Shown: positions 1 through 11,900 of the stretch, piece after piece
Layout: each line of letters starts with the position of its first letter
Position numbering within the stretch: the stretch's first letter is position 1
The notes under the pieces: generated by a model
What the model was told of the DNA's origin: nothing
The model's database searches: none
The model's input: only the letters and a program-made list of their open reading frames with translations
Assembly (NCBI GenBank): GCA_023334545.1
Contig: JAADVB010000120.1
Span: 1-53,727 of the forward strand
DNA length: 53,727 nucleotides
Source: Salisapilia sapeloensis CBS 127946
Lineage: Eukaryota > Protista > Oomycota
Direction of reading: 5' to 3'
Translations under genes and position numbers: made by a program

Positions 1-245
1 CTTTCGCACCCTTCAATAGGATAGGGTATACAATACGGATAGGATATATCAAACGGCAGACCCCGTGAATTTATTCCGATAGAGACTTGCCTAACTGTTG
101 CAAATCTCACACGGATCACGCTACAGTGAGCACGGTGACGGGAACCTCAATTTAAACGTAGGATAGAGTACGAGAGACGAGATGTATTAACAACATCTAG
201 CGGTATCTCTATTGCGGGCACCAAACACCTGTTCTTGCACTAGTA

Positions 246-420
246 ATTTGGCGGGAAAGTTATATTGAAGCGTTTCGTTCGGTTTCCAATGGCTAGCGGC
301 AAAGCAAGGTCGGCGATTCTCAATGCGGAATTGCCCGATTCGATTCTCGTTAATAGAGCTACAGCTACAAAATTTAAATTCTCAATTATGCTGGATCGGT
401 ATTATGCCCGAACACGGTCT
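246..420 (+). repeat. Partial (~175 bp) copy of the dispersed repeat's right-hand module
   Basis: Matches 1024-1196 and 40321-40492 by eye, e.g. ttccaatg...gattctca...gcggaattgcccgattcgatt...aatagag...acaaaatt. Confidence 0.8.
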
Positions 421-499
421 TACTCTTAAGACCTAGAAATTTGGATCCACTCGCTCCAGCGGTGTGCATGGAGGGTGCATGTCTTAACACAATCGGCGA

Positions 500-1196
500 G
501 GCCGTGTTCGTTGAAGAAATAATCGGGTATTAAGCTAGGGATACTAGGCATTCTGTGAACAAACGCGCAAAAACTACAATAGAAATCAATGCCTGAGTCA
601 TTGGCGGTTCGTCCTGCTCTTACATCGCTATCCGTCTTTCTATCCTTTTCACGTCTATCGTCCGCTCCTCTATCATGTCTTTGTGGGAATAGTGTCGAGC
701 GTATCGCCAAAGTCCTTCAGGTTGAAGTGTTGTTCGATTTACTTGCAACAATGAGCTCTTCGCTGCTTTACTGGGACGAGTACAGTGTGATTCACAAATA
801 TAGTCTAATTATTCCGTCCACCACTGTACTGTGTCTGTTCCGAAATAATAGCGAAGGGCTCAATAGCGCAAGTAAAGCGAAGAGCTCACCAAGTCGAGCG
901 ACTGTTTCGCGCGCTTTTTCAAATATGCACATTTCGAGCACCAGGTGTACCTTGAAGTCTTCTCGAAGATGGCTTCCTCATGATTGCATCAAAGACGAAC
1001 AACCACTTGCTTTTATACTTCCTCTTTGGTCGGAAAGCTACATTAAAATGTTCTGTTAGGTTTCCAATGACAAGTGGCAAACCACAATCGGCTATTCTCA
1101 GCAAATGCGGCATTGCCCGATTTGACTATCGGGAATAGAACTACAAAATGCAAATCCTCAGCTTTGCCGAATCGGTCATTAGCGCGAACACAGCCT
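500..1196 (+). repeat. Dispersed repeat copy A (~700 bp), unclassified, probably a degenerate mobile-element remnant
   Basis: Colinear with 39805-40492. Shared blocks include ctcttacatcgct, gtccttcaggttgaagtg, attattccgtccaccactgtac, gcaagtaaagcgaagagctcaccaagtc and atttcgagcaccagg. Boundaries are approximate. Confidence 0.85.
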
Positions 1197-2325
1197 CATA
1201 AACTTCAGTTGTAAGCTTAGTCATCGTCTGAGCGATGAGGACGGTCGAGGGTCTGCCATCAATTATACCCATGATCCAGTTTCACAGCTCTCAGTTAATA
1301 GTTGCTGGTGCTTCATATGCATAACCATATTGTAGTGTGATTTGATGCTTTATAGGCTCAGATTTCAATGAATGTACGATGCATGCATTAGTGCTCGATG
1401 AATGATGTCATGTAAAGCAAGAACCTGACGGACGTTCAAGTCACAGGGATGGTCACGAGCTCAGACTCTGAGAAGACTAAATACCAAGATTGCTTAAGCT
1501 ATCTGAAAGCCAGAGAGTGGGAATATTGGATAGATGTAAAGGTTGCATTCGCCAACAAACACCCTACGTCGACACAAAGGTCAATGAGGAATGCTGGGAC
1601 CTGCACAGTAGATTCCAACGTGTCAGAAATCAGCAATGAGGTGCAGTATATACAGCCAATGCGTCGATATCGTCAATCTTATCTTCGCTCTAAGGCAAAA
1701 CTGCTCAATGACTAGAACACTTGAAACATGGCCTCCTCAAGACTAAATACATGGCCGAATGCCTGGTGTAGTAGCATAAGAACGGAAACAAACCAGTAAC
1801 TTAACACATGAGTCAAAGATGAATGATACAGTGCAATTTATTTATTAAGTAGAGGTCCATCAGCTAGTTTATAGGTAAAGTTTATCACCATAGAGAAATG
1901 GAAAGTCTCCTCTCAGTCGAAAGATGGTTATAAAATTTTGTTTCGTCACTTGGACCTCATAGCTCTTGTGGCTGTCGCTGCTAATTCGAAAATGCTCTAC
2001 CAGCCAACGACTGAAGAAGTAAATATACCCCCACATTAATTATATTGCATCCATCTACAGAGTGTATTTATCGTACATCCTGATAATAAAATATCTTGGA
2101 AGGGTGTAAATGGAGCTCACCTCGTTCTCCAGATACTCGAGATTCCGGCAATAGACGACCGTATTATCGACTTCTAGACAGTCTATACTAAACATTAAGA
2201 ATATGCAACATTGTCATTATCATATAAACGATAAACGACATGCATCAACTTTATCTGTAACAAAGCAAATGGCATGTACCGTGCTCCAAAATCGTACAGA
2301 GTTCTTATTTGCCGCACCAATACAT

Positions 2326-3750
2326 CTATGCTTCATCGACACTTTCTATTCTACTGTCGGTCAATCCCTCTTCATCCGTACGCTCATCGGATGAGTCGCT
2401 CTTGACTTCCTTTCGTGGCCAGTCTAACGCGATTTCAATCTCTTTCGCAGGTTTCCAAATCGCCAACCAGCTCACGTACATCTGTAAGACAGCCACAATG
2501 ACACAAGCAAATAAGCCTGCAATTGGACCGACACCGTAGTACAGTTGCAGTCGCTCTAGCAGCGACGGAGGATGTCTCGCTACCACCTTCCTGTATACAA
2601 CTTCCGTCCTCTGCGCTACTTTTCGCCAGTCATACATGTCCTCTACTCTTCGATGGAATGCCTGGCGGTCCACATGTGGAACCTTGGGTAGAGCTTCCAA
2701 TATCGCCTCTGCCAATGCTTCAGAAGTAATGTCCGATGCGAACTGGACCATGTCCGGCGGCAGGACCTCTGGTACACCGCCGACTTTGGTCGTCACGACA
2801 AAGAGACCACAGGCTGCTGCTTCCAGAATAGCAATACAAAACGATTCGGTGATGGAACTATTAAGGAAAATATGCCCTTGACTTAGCACTTGCCGAACTT
2901 GAGAGTGCGGTACAGCGCCAATGAGCTGCACACGATCATGTAATCTACATTTATCTCGTACTTCTTCTAGCTGCAGGCGCTTGGGGCCGTCGCCACCGAT
3001 GATAAAGTTTACATTAGAAGTCTTAGCACACACGATCTGGATGGCAGGGCCCACGAGATCAATGCCTTTACGATACACTAGTCTAGAGATGATGACGACG
3101 TTGATCGTGTCGGAGCTCGGAGGCGACGGAGATGGGAGGAACTTTGTCGCGTCCACAGCGTTGGGAATAGTAGAGATCTTTTCAGGCGCAAGAGAGGCAC
3201 GCAACACAAGGTTTTCTTTACATGTATGAGAGACGGCGATGGCATGGTCAACAGTGGAAAGAGAGAATTTGAGAACTTTGTTCAGATGGACACTCGCGCT
3301 GTCGGCAAAGCCAAAGAGAGAGTGGTCCGTGTAGACGGTATGCAGAGGTTGGTGAGGTGTAGATAAGGCTTTGGCCTGGACTAGACACTCGTGCATGAGA
3401 TTGGAAGTGGCTTGATGGCCATGGACGATCTGAATGCGCTCACGTATCAAGATGGAGCGGAGGAGAGAGAGTTGGTTCACGAACGTCGGGTACGTGACGT
3501 TGTCGACCATGAGAGTCATGGGGAGGTAGTAAACTTTTAGTCCATGAGTCATATAGCGAATACCGACGCGCTGCTGTGGTCTATGCTGCTTATTGCTCGA
3601 AGCTGGTCGATTGACGCTATGCGTGAGGACGATGACCTTGTGTCCTCGTCGGAGGAGACATTGAGCTAGAGACCAGATGTGCATCTCCACACCACCTAGT
3701 TGAGGGTAGAAAAAGTCACTGCACATTGCAATCCGAAGGGATTCCTCCAT
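2326..3750 (-). CDS. PIGA: Phosphatidylinositol N-acetylglucosaminyltransferase catalytic subunit (PIG-A/GPI3, GT4), 474 aa, no intron
   Basis: N-terminal IAMCSDFFYPQLGGVEMHI, HGQATS, YTDHSLFGFAD, SRLVYRKG, ESFCIAILEAAACGL, TKVGGVPEVLP and a C-terminal hydrophobic anchor, all typical of PIG-A. Confidence 0.97.
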   Translation of the reverse strand: MEESLRIAMCSDFFYPQLGGVEMHIWSLAQCLLRRGHKVIVLTHSVNRPASSNKQHRPQQRVGIRYMTHGLKVYYLPMTLMVDNVTYPTFVNQLSLLRSILIRERIQIVHGHQATSNLMHECLVQAKALSTPHQPLHTVYTDHSLFGFADSASVHLNKVLKFSLSTVDHAIAVSHTCKENLVLRASLAPEKISTIPNAVDATKFLPSPSPPSSDTINVVIISRLVYRKGIDLVGPAIQIVCAKTSNVNFIIGGDGPKRLQLEEVRDKCRLHDRVQLIGAVPHSQVRQVLSQGHIFLNSSITESFCIAILEAAACGLFVVTTKVGGVPEVLPPDMVQFASDITSEALAEAILEALPKVPHVDRQAFHRRVEDMYDWRKVAQRTEVVYRKVVARHPPSLLERLQLYYGVGPIAGLFACVIVAVLQMYVSWLAIWKPAKEIEIALDWPRKEVKSDSSDERTDEEGLTDSRIESVDEA

Positions 3751-4222
3751 GATGAGCTAAGTATCTGCCAAGTATCTCGATCCGCTGATGAGCTCCAGAT
3801 GTGTTTCTAACAGACTATAGGCCTGTATCTAACGTTACAATATGTAAAGCAAGAGAAGCTGTTCGTATATTTGTTAGAAATAACCTTTTACAACATTTTG
3901 AATCAGCCCGGGGAAAGCTTACTTCCTTCGATAGGAAAGCTTCTACTGCGGCAATGGTTTCATTTAGCACGATTTCCAGTACTCCTTCATCTAATGATGC
4001 ACCTATAATGCACGGAATCGGCCTAGTACATCCTTGAAGGATAGATAGCTACATCGGTCATTGTCAATTTGGCTACAGCCCAGAAACTTGGTATTAACAA
4101 GAAGAGTTCTCTACGAAGAAGGCAACGATCTCTTGTCTTTAAAGTCAAAAGAGAAAGCACCTTCATTTACATAAAGCTCACCCACTCCACCAACGTATTC
4201 CTATCCTCGTGGTAACTAACAT

Positions 4223-4235
4223 TCATTTCGCATTC
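4223..4235 (+). promoter_or_regulatory. Oomycete Inr/FPR-like core promoter of the Nudix gene
   Basis: TCATTTCGCATTC resembles the consensus YCATTYYNCAWTT, about 100 nt upstream of ATG 4324. Confidence 0.45.
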
Positions 4236-4323
4236 ATCTCGACGATTGGACACCAACGAATTAGTATGATGCTGGCTATCGAATTTCGATCAAGTACGAA
4301 ACCAGAAGCTGAGCATATTTAGG

Positions 4324-4885
4324 ATGGTATCGAGCTCCTTGACAAGCTCCCGAGAAGGTCGAGCTCAGCAACGGTATGACGGAGAGACTCGACTACTTGC
4401 GTGTGCCGTCGTAGTCTATTCGTCATCTAAACCACTTATTCTCGTGATCTCGAGCTCGAAACAACCAGAAGAGTTTATTCTACCCAAAGGAGGATGGGAA
4501 CTAGACGAAACTGTAGAGCAATGCGTCCTGCGTGAAGTCGAGGAAGAAGCTGGTGTATGCAATATCTTCTACCGGTCATATCTGTATAATTGGTAACATT
4601 GGCATGCAGGTAACGGGTGAAATTCGTAGCAATCTCGGTCCACTGGACTTTGATAGTCGCAAAGGGAATCCATGTCGACTCTACGGCTTCCACCTCCAGC
4701 TCACACAGGAATTCGAGAGCTGGCCAGAGACACACAGGCATCGTCGATGGGTACTTTATGCACATAACTCTTCGCTTGTCGAGTACTGAAGGAATCTGTA
4801 GGTGTCCATAGAAGAAGGAATGGAGCTTCTGAAGCATCGACCAGAGATGGTTGAGATGCTACAACGGTTAAGATTGACAGCGTGA
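4324..4885 (+). CDS. Nudix hydrolase, DIPP/Aps1/DDP1-like (polyphosphate or dinucleotide hydrolase type), 151 aa, 3 exons
   Basis: Exons 4324-4554, 4610-4750, 4802-4885; GT-AG introns of 55 and 51 nt keep the frame. Nudix box LPKGGWELDETVEQCVLREVEEEAGV; N-terminal GRAQQRYD; C-terminal SWPE..RHRRWVS. Confidence 0.93.
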
Positions 4886-4970
4886 AGGTTTTGGCTTTTA
4901 CAGATAGACTTGGCGATAAGAGAAATAGAGAAAGAATCCAAACTATATCGCTATGATCTCGTTCGATTCC

Positions 4971-5603
4971 TTATGCTGGTAGACGGCGAGACATATATGC
5001 GAACATGAATGCCAAGTAACCTGCTGGAACAAGGAGACGTAGGATGGTGGATGGAAAGATCATCACGACCTGGACGAGGATACCCCAGAACCACATGAAG
5101 AGGTACGGGAGTGTCATCCACTGCCACACAGGCCACATACCGATCGTGAAGCTACTTTCACGGTTAGATATATATCAGTTTAATTGATAAATGAATGCTT
5201 ACAAGATGCCAGAGGCTAGCATGGAGAGTAGAAGCGCGTGGGTCGATGTCTTGGCGCTTTCGTATTGGACATTCTCACCTTGAAGCATGTGTCGATAGAC
5301 CTCGATATAAGATGCGAGCATCATGGACAAGGTTGCCAGGACCACGCCTCCATCTACAAAGACTCGGTTGGCATCTTCAGCGTACAAGACGCTTTCGAGC
5401 AACTGTGCTTCCTTGCAGCCGAAGACGGCGGATGCTAGGAACAAGATCGACCAGACGCGATCTAGAATGTACGTCACCCAGTTCTTTGCAGCCTTGGCAC
5501 GCTTCTTATCGTATACGAGCGGAGGAGCACTCGCATCATCTGCTTGACCATCAGCAGGATGCGTCTGCGCCTTCCGCGACTTGAGCTCGTGGTTCGATTC
5601 CAT
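4971..5603 (-). CDS. TMEM128: TMEM128-like multi-pass membrane protein, 193 aa, 2 exons
   Basis: Exons 5603-5203 and 5151-4971 with a 51-nt gtaagc...tag intron. The spliced product continues FFTIGMWPVWQWMTLPYLFMWFWG, resembling the TMEM128 WPVW motif; about four hydrophobic helices. Confidence 0.7.
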
Positions 5604-5694
5604 TTTCTGGTATTCGATCTAAAAAATGTGCTCTCCGATTGGATAAAATCATTTGTAAAGAGATCTGATTCGTTTAAAAGATTGATTTCATCGC

Positions 5695-5706
5695 TTTGAT
5701 TGGATG
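5695..5706. promoter_or_regulatory. CCAAT-box-like element upstream of the TMEM128-like gene
   Basis: TTTGATTGGATG resembles the oomycete TYTGATTGG CCAAT motif; a second GATTGG lies near 5638. Confidence 0.35.
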
Positions 5707-6583
5707 ACGCTATCAATCTAAAAAGTTTTTTTGATAAAATTTTCATGTCATGCTTTGTATTCGATTTGTCATGGCGTAAAGCTTGGTGTTCAGATCGAGC
5801 TTGTCATGAGGTAGCGTGGTGCTGCAATTCGATCATGTGACTAGTTTCTATGTAACCACACTGTTCTTGTTTTCTGTGCGTCAACGGACTTTGTTTATAC
5901 TGTCTGATCCTCGGTGATGCGTTAGAGTAGTAACCTCGACTATGCTCGACCATGTTTAAATGTAGCCGATTTGGTACTTGATTTGCTGGAATCCTTCCAT
6001 TAATTTTTTACCGTGTTTAAGTCGACTTGTGCCCTATCCTATATTCTTCTTTCCTCCATGTCTAGTGTACTCGTATACGCCAGACTCTGCGTCGTGCATG
6101 ACATGAACTACCGCATAACCCAACATGAAGATCTCACAGTGCGTATGGATCGACACGAACGAAATTGCATAGGAGATAGGTCACCAAAGTACGGAAGACC
6201 ACATGGAGTGGCTGTGGCTCCGCATGTAGACTTTTGGATCACAATTTACTCCAGGCATCAGACCGCATATGTCCGAGAGGCATTCGGCTGCCATTCGAGA
6301 GAGATTACAAAGACAAAATGCAGCCACCAAGGAGGTTCCTATATCGCAAGCATGTCATTTCTCATAATGAAAACGCACTTAACGCCATTCTATGCCACTC
6401 TTCTTTGCAAATCAACTCTAGTTCCGTTTACTTTAGCTACAGACATTGATACCATCAAGGTGAAGGGGTCGTAACCATCAACCTTCTATACAGCAGCCAT
6501 GGTCACGAACGCTGGCTTTCACCTTGATTTTTCCGAAAGGATCACATTCTCTATCATTCAAAATCTTTCGACCTCATTCGGAA

Positions 6584-8389
6584 ATGAATGCTTCGCGCGC
6601 CAACCATGACACGCTTACTGCATCCAGCAATACGATGGATAGCACGCAGAGCAACATTGGCTATCTCGAGTGTTCGTACGTAACGGCAAGTAGATGTCCA
6701 ATGGAGCTACAACTCCATCAGGAACAAGACATGCAAGACCAAGCCCATCGACTGATCACAGAGGTCACGTCTGCTTTTGATCGTCATCTAAGCGACCGAG
6801 AGCTCGTCGATCGTAACTATTGGAAGAGTGTCGGAAGTAACCACGGTTTGACTGGCTACCGTTGGCGGAGGTCAATGGATCCGCAGGACATGCCGACCTT
6901 GTCCATCAGCGCGAGTAGCAAGAAGACACCACAGCTACTCGTGACTGGACGCATCGAAGGAACGGTGGAAGACGTTCTGTACGGTCTATCGGCGTCAACT
7001 GCACCGCTCATGAAACTAAACGCAGAGTACGGGCAACACAGTCTTGCTGACGCAGAAGTACTAAAAGTCATTCAACCACCCACATCATCTCATCCGTTCC
7101 GATTCTTTGGCATAAAACGTTTTACCGAGCACGTGTCATACGTGAAAGGAAACTCGCGCAAGTTGCGTGAAGTCGTGTATCTGGAATCAATAGGAATGGC
7201 GACACTGGCGTCAGGCAAGCGCGTTGGCTACCGAGTAATGCATAGTGTCGATATTCACGGCATGCGACCACCACCAAACGCTATGCGAGACAAAGTTTCC
7301 GTCTGCCAAATCTTCTACCAGTCGACACCTAGCACGGTCAAAGTGTACATGAGATCTCACTTGATGCCATCTCGATCTAAGAGACTCTTGTCCATAAAGT
7401 CTTTGTCGACGCTTGGTGTCGAGTACTTGTTTGAATGCATGGCAGGGTACCTAGCAAGCACGCATGCGAAAAAGCTGTCGGCTTATCTCTATCATGTAAA
7501 CCAAAAGCGACGTACAGAACGATGTCTGCGAAACACGAATCCAATGAATTGGTCGATCATGAGCATCTCAGTCCCGAGTATCGATGAAGATGCGGCCAAC
7601 CGATCCGGGTCGCGAAAGATGGCCATTGCGAAAGACCCTTGCGACATATGCCAACGACATGGAAGTGGTATTCGTCGCACAAATGTCTCTTGTATCGCGT
7701 GTAGCAAGCGTGTTTGCGTCAAATGTGGTGTCGACAAAGTGTTGGCATACCATTCCAGTAATGACCAAGGATCTGTGCCTGCAATGTACGTGGAGCCAAG
7801 CGAAAAGCACGGAAAGCAAGACATATATTCTCGAAAAGTAATCTTCTGCTTACCCTGTATCATGAACGCCAATGCACAGGACACGGCAGTTGCTGCTAGG
7901 GGCGAGGTGCTGAATTTACAAACGCAATCTTCCTCTCCTGCCGTCCCACCACGGGCAAACTTGGGCTTTTCGACGCCAATGCTTCAAGCCAAGTTATCGG
8001 GATTCAACAGTCCGGCGTCCACACCAGTTTTGCAACTGTCCCGAAACAGCAGCGCGGACTGGAATCGAGTGGAAGTCCCTCGGGAACGTGCGTCAACGAA
8101 ACCACAACGCAATACGATCGAAGTCGAAGATTTCCATTTACCTGCGTCGACGCGACCAAAGGCGACGAGTTCCGCTAATACGAGCCTCGGTATACACTCC
8201 AGGAGAGATCGAGACAGTTCGGCGTGGCAACAGCGATGGAACTGCAGCAGCGAATGCAGATTAAAGTCTGATAGTCGAGAATCTCAGCAAAGTCTACAAG
8301 CTCGTGCAAAAGCTTTATCACGGGCATCAACAGCATCCACGACATCATCGGTTAATGTCGTGCTCTATGATTCAACTGCTGAGTGTTAA
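6584..8389 (+). CDS. Oomycete-type START-like + FYVE-like zinc-finger protein, about 601 aa (alternative start ATG 6635)
   Basis: YWKSV..., LLVTGRIEGTVEDVLYGL, FRFFGIK, REVVYLESIG and RVGYRVMHSVD, followed by four CxxC pairs (CDIC, CIAC, CVKC, CLPC) and a low-complexity tail. The track start at 6524 is a TTG. Confidence 0.8.
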   Translation: MNASRANHDTLTASSNTMDSTQSNIGYLECSYVTASRCPMELQLHQEQDMQDQAHRLITEVTSAFDRHLSDRELVDRNYWKSVGSNHGLTGYRWRRSMDPQDMPTLSISASSKKTPQLLVTGRIEGTVEDVLYGLSASTAPLMKLNAEYGQHSLADAEVLKVIQPPTSSHPFRFFGIKRFTEHVSYVKGNSRKLREVVYLESIGMATLASGKRVGYRVMHSVDIHGMRPPPNAMRDKVSVCQIFYQSTPSTVKVYMRSHLMPSRSKRLLSIKSLSTLGVEYLFECMAGYLASTHAKKLSAYLYHVNQKRRTERCLRNTNPMNWSIMSISVPSIDEDAANRSGSRKMAIAKDPCDICQRHGSGIRRTNVSCIACSKRVCVKCGVDKVLAYHSSNDQGSVPAMYVEPSEKHGKQDIYSRKVIFCLPCIMNANAQDTAVAARGEVLNLQTQSSSPAVPPRANLGFSTPMLQAKLSGFNSPASTPVLQLSRNSSADWNRVEVPRERASTKPQRNTIEVEDFHLPASTRPKATSSANTSLGIHSRRDRDSSAWQQRWNCSSECRLKSDSRESQQSLQARAKALSRASTASTTSSVNVVLYDSTAEC

Positions 8390-8935
8390 TGTACTATATA
8401 CCATTTTATCTGTACTCGATTTCGTGTTCATGTCCGAGATATTAGTCGTAGATAAAAAGCATGGAAACCAACACCTATCTACTTATCAACTCTTCCTCTA
8501 CTAAGACATATCAAACATGTATGACCATCATTTCTCTTCTACCTTCATTATGTATCACCTCCACTACTCCTGTATGAAGCTTAAAAGCATTCATATTGGA
8601 CGCGGAAACACAAGAAACATAAACCTCTACCTTCGAGAAACACTTGTATGCATAACAAAAAGCTACAGTAATGACACTCATCAAGCTCCATAATCCATCC
8701 TATCCCTCCTCCTACCATCTTAAAGAAACGACAAGTCCAGACATCACTCCAAAACGATCAAAAGAGCTTCCGAGACAAATCCATCAAGACATCTTCCTTA
8801 CAAACCTTCAATATTAATATCGAAAGCCATCTAGCCCTTGCGTATTCTATTTTCCACCAATCCGCATTGTCCAAATGCCTCTACCACTTAATACTCCAGA
8901 CCCGAACACCCACTACCCAAGATCCGGCGTTGAGA

Positions 8936-11900
8936 ATGAGTGACGACGCGGCAGCTCCGCGACGAGAGGCGACGCCATCGCCACCACCGTCGCCCATGTC
9001 ATCATCCACTGCCAGTGGCCGCACTCGACGTACGACTGTCGAAAGCGAAGACCACGAACTGGAGGACATGGACGAAGACAGTGAAGAAGAGATGCCGAAT
9101 CGACGCCACATGAGCGCTGCTAGTTTCTTAGAAGCGCTCGAAAGCTTGTCACATGAATCTGCTGGGACCACAACATCCACATCGACTAGCCATGCCGATG
9201 GCAGGACTAGCGGACGTGGCATACCGCCTGGACTTCGAAGTACGTGCCTGTCGACTATCCCACCGTTTAATACGTTCTCATGCATACGCTATCGACGTAG
9301 ACATGTTAGGTCAATTGCATGGAATGGATGCACAAGCGGTATGTACATTATTCTATCTTGTCTTCGAAAGAATAGCAAGTACTCATCCTTCCGACACATT
9401 AGGGTGGCGGTTTATTCCCGTTTGCACAGTTTCTAGACGGCTCAGCTGCATCTGGGAACAACCCTCGCTTCCGTCGAATGCTCGATGACCTTGCGATGGA
9501 AAAACCAGCCCACGTGCAAATGTCTGCGCTCTCTGAACTCTGTGAAACGCTCTCCATGTCGACGGAAGAAGTACTAGACGTCTCTGGATTTAGTGTAGAA
9601 GCATTCGTGCCTGCCGTAGCAAAGCTCGTAGCCTCGCCACCGACCTTTGACGTCCTTCTCTTAGCTGCACGAGCTCTCGCGGCCATGCTGGAAATGTACC
9701 CGATCAGCGCGACGCCTCGTGCCGTCCATGAAGGTGTTATCCCGTCTCTATGTCACAAACTCCTCGAGATCGAGTACATGGACGTCGCAGAGCTCGCGAT
9801 GCGCATTCTCGAGCGGATCATAACGTCGTCCAAGTCGCACGCGTCACACCTTTCGCTCATGTCCCAAAGCTCTTCTGCATCGTCTCGACGAGCACAAGAG
9901 TACCGGAGCATGGTGCTTGAACAGAATGGTTTCGTTGCCTTGTTGCAGTTTCTAGATTTTTTCCCCGTCGAGATCCAACGCACTGGCGCGCGGATCGTCA
10001 GTCAGCTCTGTACGCACTACCCGTCCGACCTGACATCTCAACTACGTGATGGTCTGCCTTATCTCACCAACCTCTTGCGTTCCTTTGACGCTGAGATCGT
10101 CGCCAGTGGCTGCGAAGCCTTCCGCCGTCTCGCCGACAGCCACGCCTGTCGTCGCGACCATGACTTTGCGTCCTTAGTCCTATCAGAATCGCTCCTGGAG
10201 CTCATGCTCGAACTCTTGACCAAGTACGGACGCACCGACGACAATGAAGCGTCTTCGATCCTATCTGCTTCTGCCTATAACAACATCCTGCGCTTCCTAT
10301 CAAGCGACTCGTTCTCCTATGCCGAAGAAGCTCCTGCTCTCATTACAAAACTCCGTTTCGAGCAGCTCCCACCTGTCCTCTCGACACTCGTCGCGACGAA
10401 CGCTGTGCTGCAGGACACACAAAGTCTTCGTGAGACGCTGAAACTCGTCTCATCTGCTCTCCCGTCTAGTGACGAAGCGTACAAGACAGCTTATGCATCC
10501 TCTCTACGGTCCTTTGCGCATGACCTTGTCCCGAAAGTCATGGACGTGTACGATCGCTGTGGTCGCAAAGAGCTCAAGCACGAAGCTCTCGCTGTTCTCT
10601 CACGCACTTGTGCTATCCTGTACACTTGCCACTCGGATGAAAACGTCGAATCGGACTTGCATATGACTAGCATCGCTGCATTCCTCGCACGTGTCATTCG
10701 TCCGAAGCAAAGTACGGAAGTGACGAAAGCAGAGGAAGCGTGGTCGATCCATCTAGCTCTTCAAGTCGTAGAACAAGTAGTCGATACGCATGAACCGACG
10801 AAGAGTCGTATGCAAGAGCTACTTGAGCGACATGGTGTCGCAAGTGCTCTACGCTACTACGCTTCGCTCGGATCAGATAAACCTCTTTCGAATAAACGTA
10901 AGCGGGAGGAACCTCAGGAAGAGGAAGAGGATCTAGATGAGTTTGATAACGTCCGACAGGTCGCTGCATATCTTGTTCATGAACGTCTAGGGACTCGATC
11001 AAGTGTCTCGGGAAGGTGGAAGCAACTCGAGACGATCGTCTACAAGATGGAAGAAGAGCAAGACGCGTTCGAGGACTTTGTCGCGCTCTTCCAACACGAT
11101 TCCATCACGGCACATGAAGTCGCTTCCAGTGGACTCGTCGAAGCCTTGAGCAAAGCACTTGATACACCTGCATCTAGTACCAAGCTCCTGCAAGCCATGG
11201 AGGACAGTAACCAATCCCAAGTGCTCCCACAGCTTGTCGACTGTCTCCATGCTGCCATCTCGTCTGATAAAGACACGTTTACGCTGTCGACAGACACGAC
11301 ACTGGCGTCTGGTAGCGTTGCGACGGACTTGGAACGTCTGACGCAGCACGTTAAAGTCCGCGTTCACATCGAAGCGAGCGATGAGGAGGGTAAGACAGAG
11401 ACGACAAGTACGTCTCGACCTCGTGAGAATCGACGTCGACAAGCTGTCGACGGCACTGTCGTTCTCGTGGAACCTCTGGCACGTATCGAGACAATCGAGG
11501 GCTTTATCGCAGATAAGATCCTCGGCGAACGCTCTTCCTCTTCTCTCGTCAGCAGTCCTCCAAGTGACGAGGAAGATGTCGGGAGTGAATTATCTGAAAC
11601 CAAGGAACGTCGTGTCCATGCTGTCTTCCAAGGCCAATCACTTCCACCAGACATGAGTATCCTCGAAGCTATCATCCGTCACTCGCATCCACCAAGTGCT
11701 CTCGAGACAAATACATCTCGTGCCGGACCTTTTGATATTACGTTTAGACTAGCAGGAGATAATCCAATGCCTCCGATCGAGGTACAGATTGACGCATCTG
11801 ATGATGTCGAAGGATCGAAGCAGTGGAGTGATACGTGGGATATGCTCTCGCTTCTCCAGAAGCTACAGCATCTTTGTCTTGATACGTCTTTCATCAATCC

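Noticed and set aside
589-1059. 156-aa ORF inside repeat A, and an 'LGELFALL..LSP' SNF2-like stretch on the opposite strand
   Set aside because: The ORF is broken in repeat B, the preceding SNF2 TGTP motif is absent, and all frames have stops in at least one copy.
1449-1715. WIDVKVAFAN resembles the Copia reverse-transcriptase motif MDVKTAFLN
   Set aside because: Only about four matching residues and no flanking RT motifs at the right spacing.
6013-6474. 153-aa ORF, and a minus-strand 'tgggttatg' resembling a Copia primer-binding site (about 6111-6122)
   Set aside because: GTG start, no recognisable motif, probably promoter sequence; the PBS match is partial and has no LTR beside it.
8867-9488. 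ORFs 8867-9436 and 9153-9488 as separate genes
   Set aside because: Explained by exons 1 and 2 of the HECT gene read through its introns.
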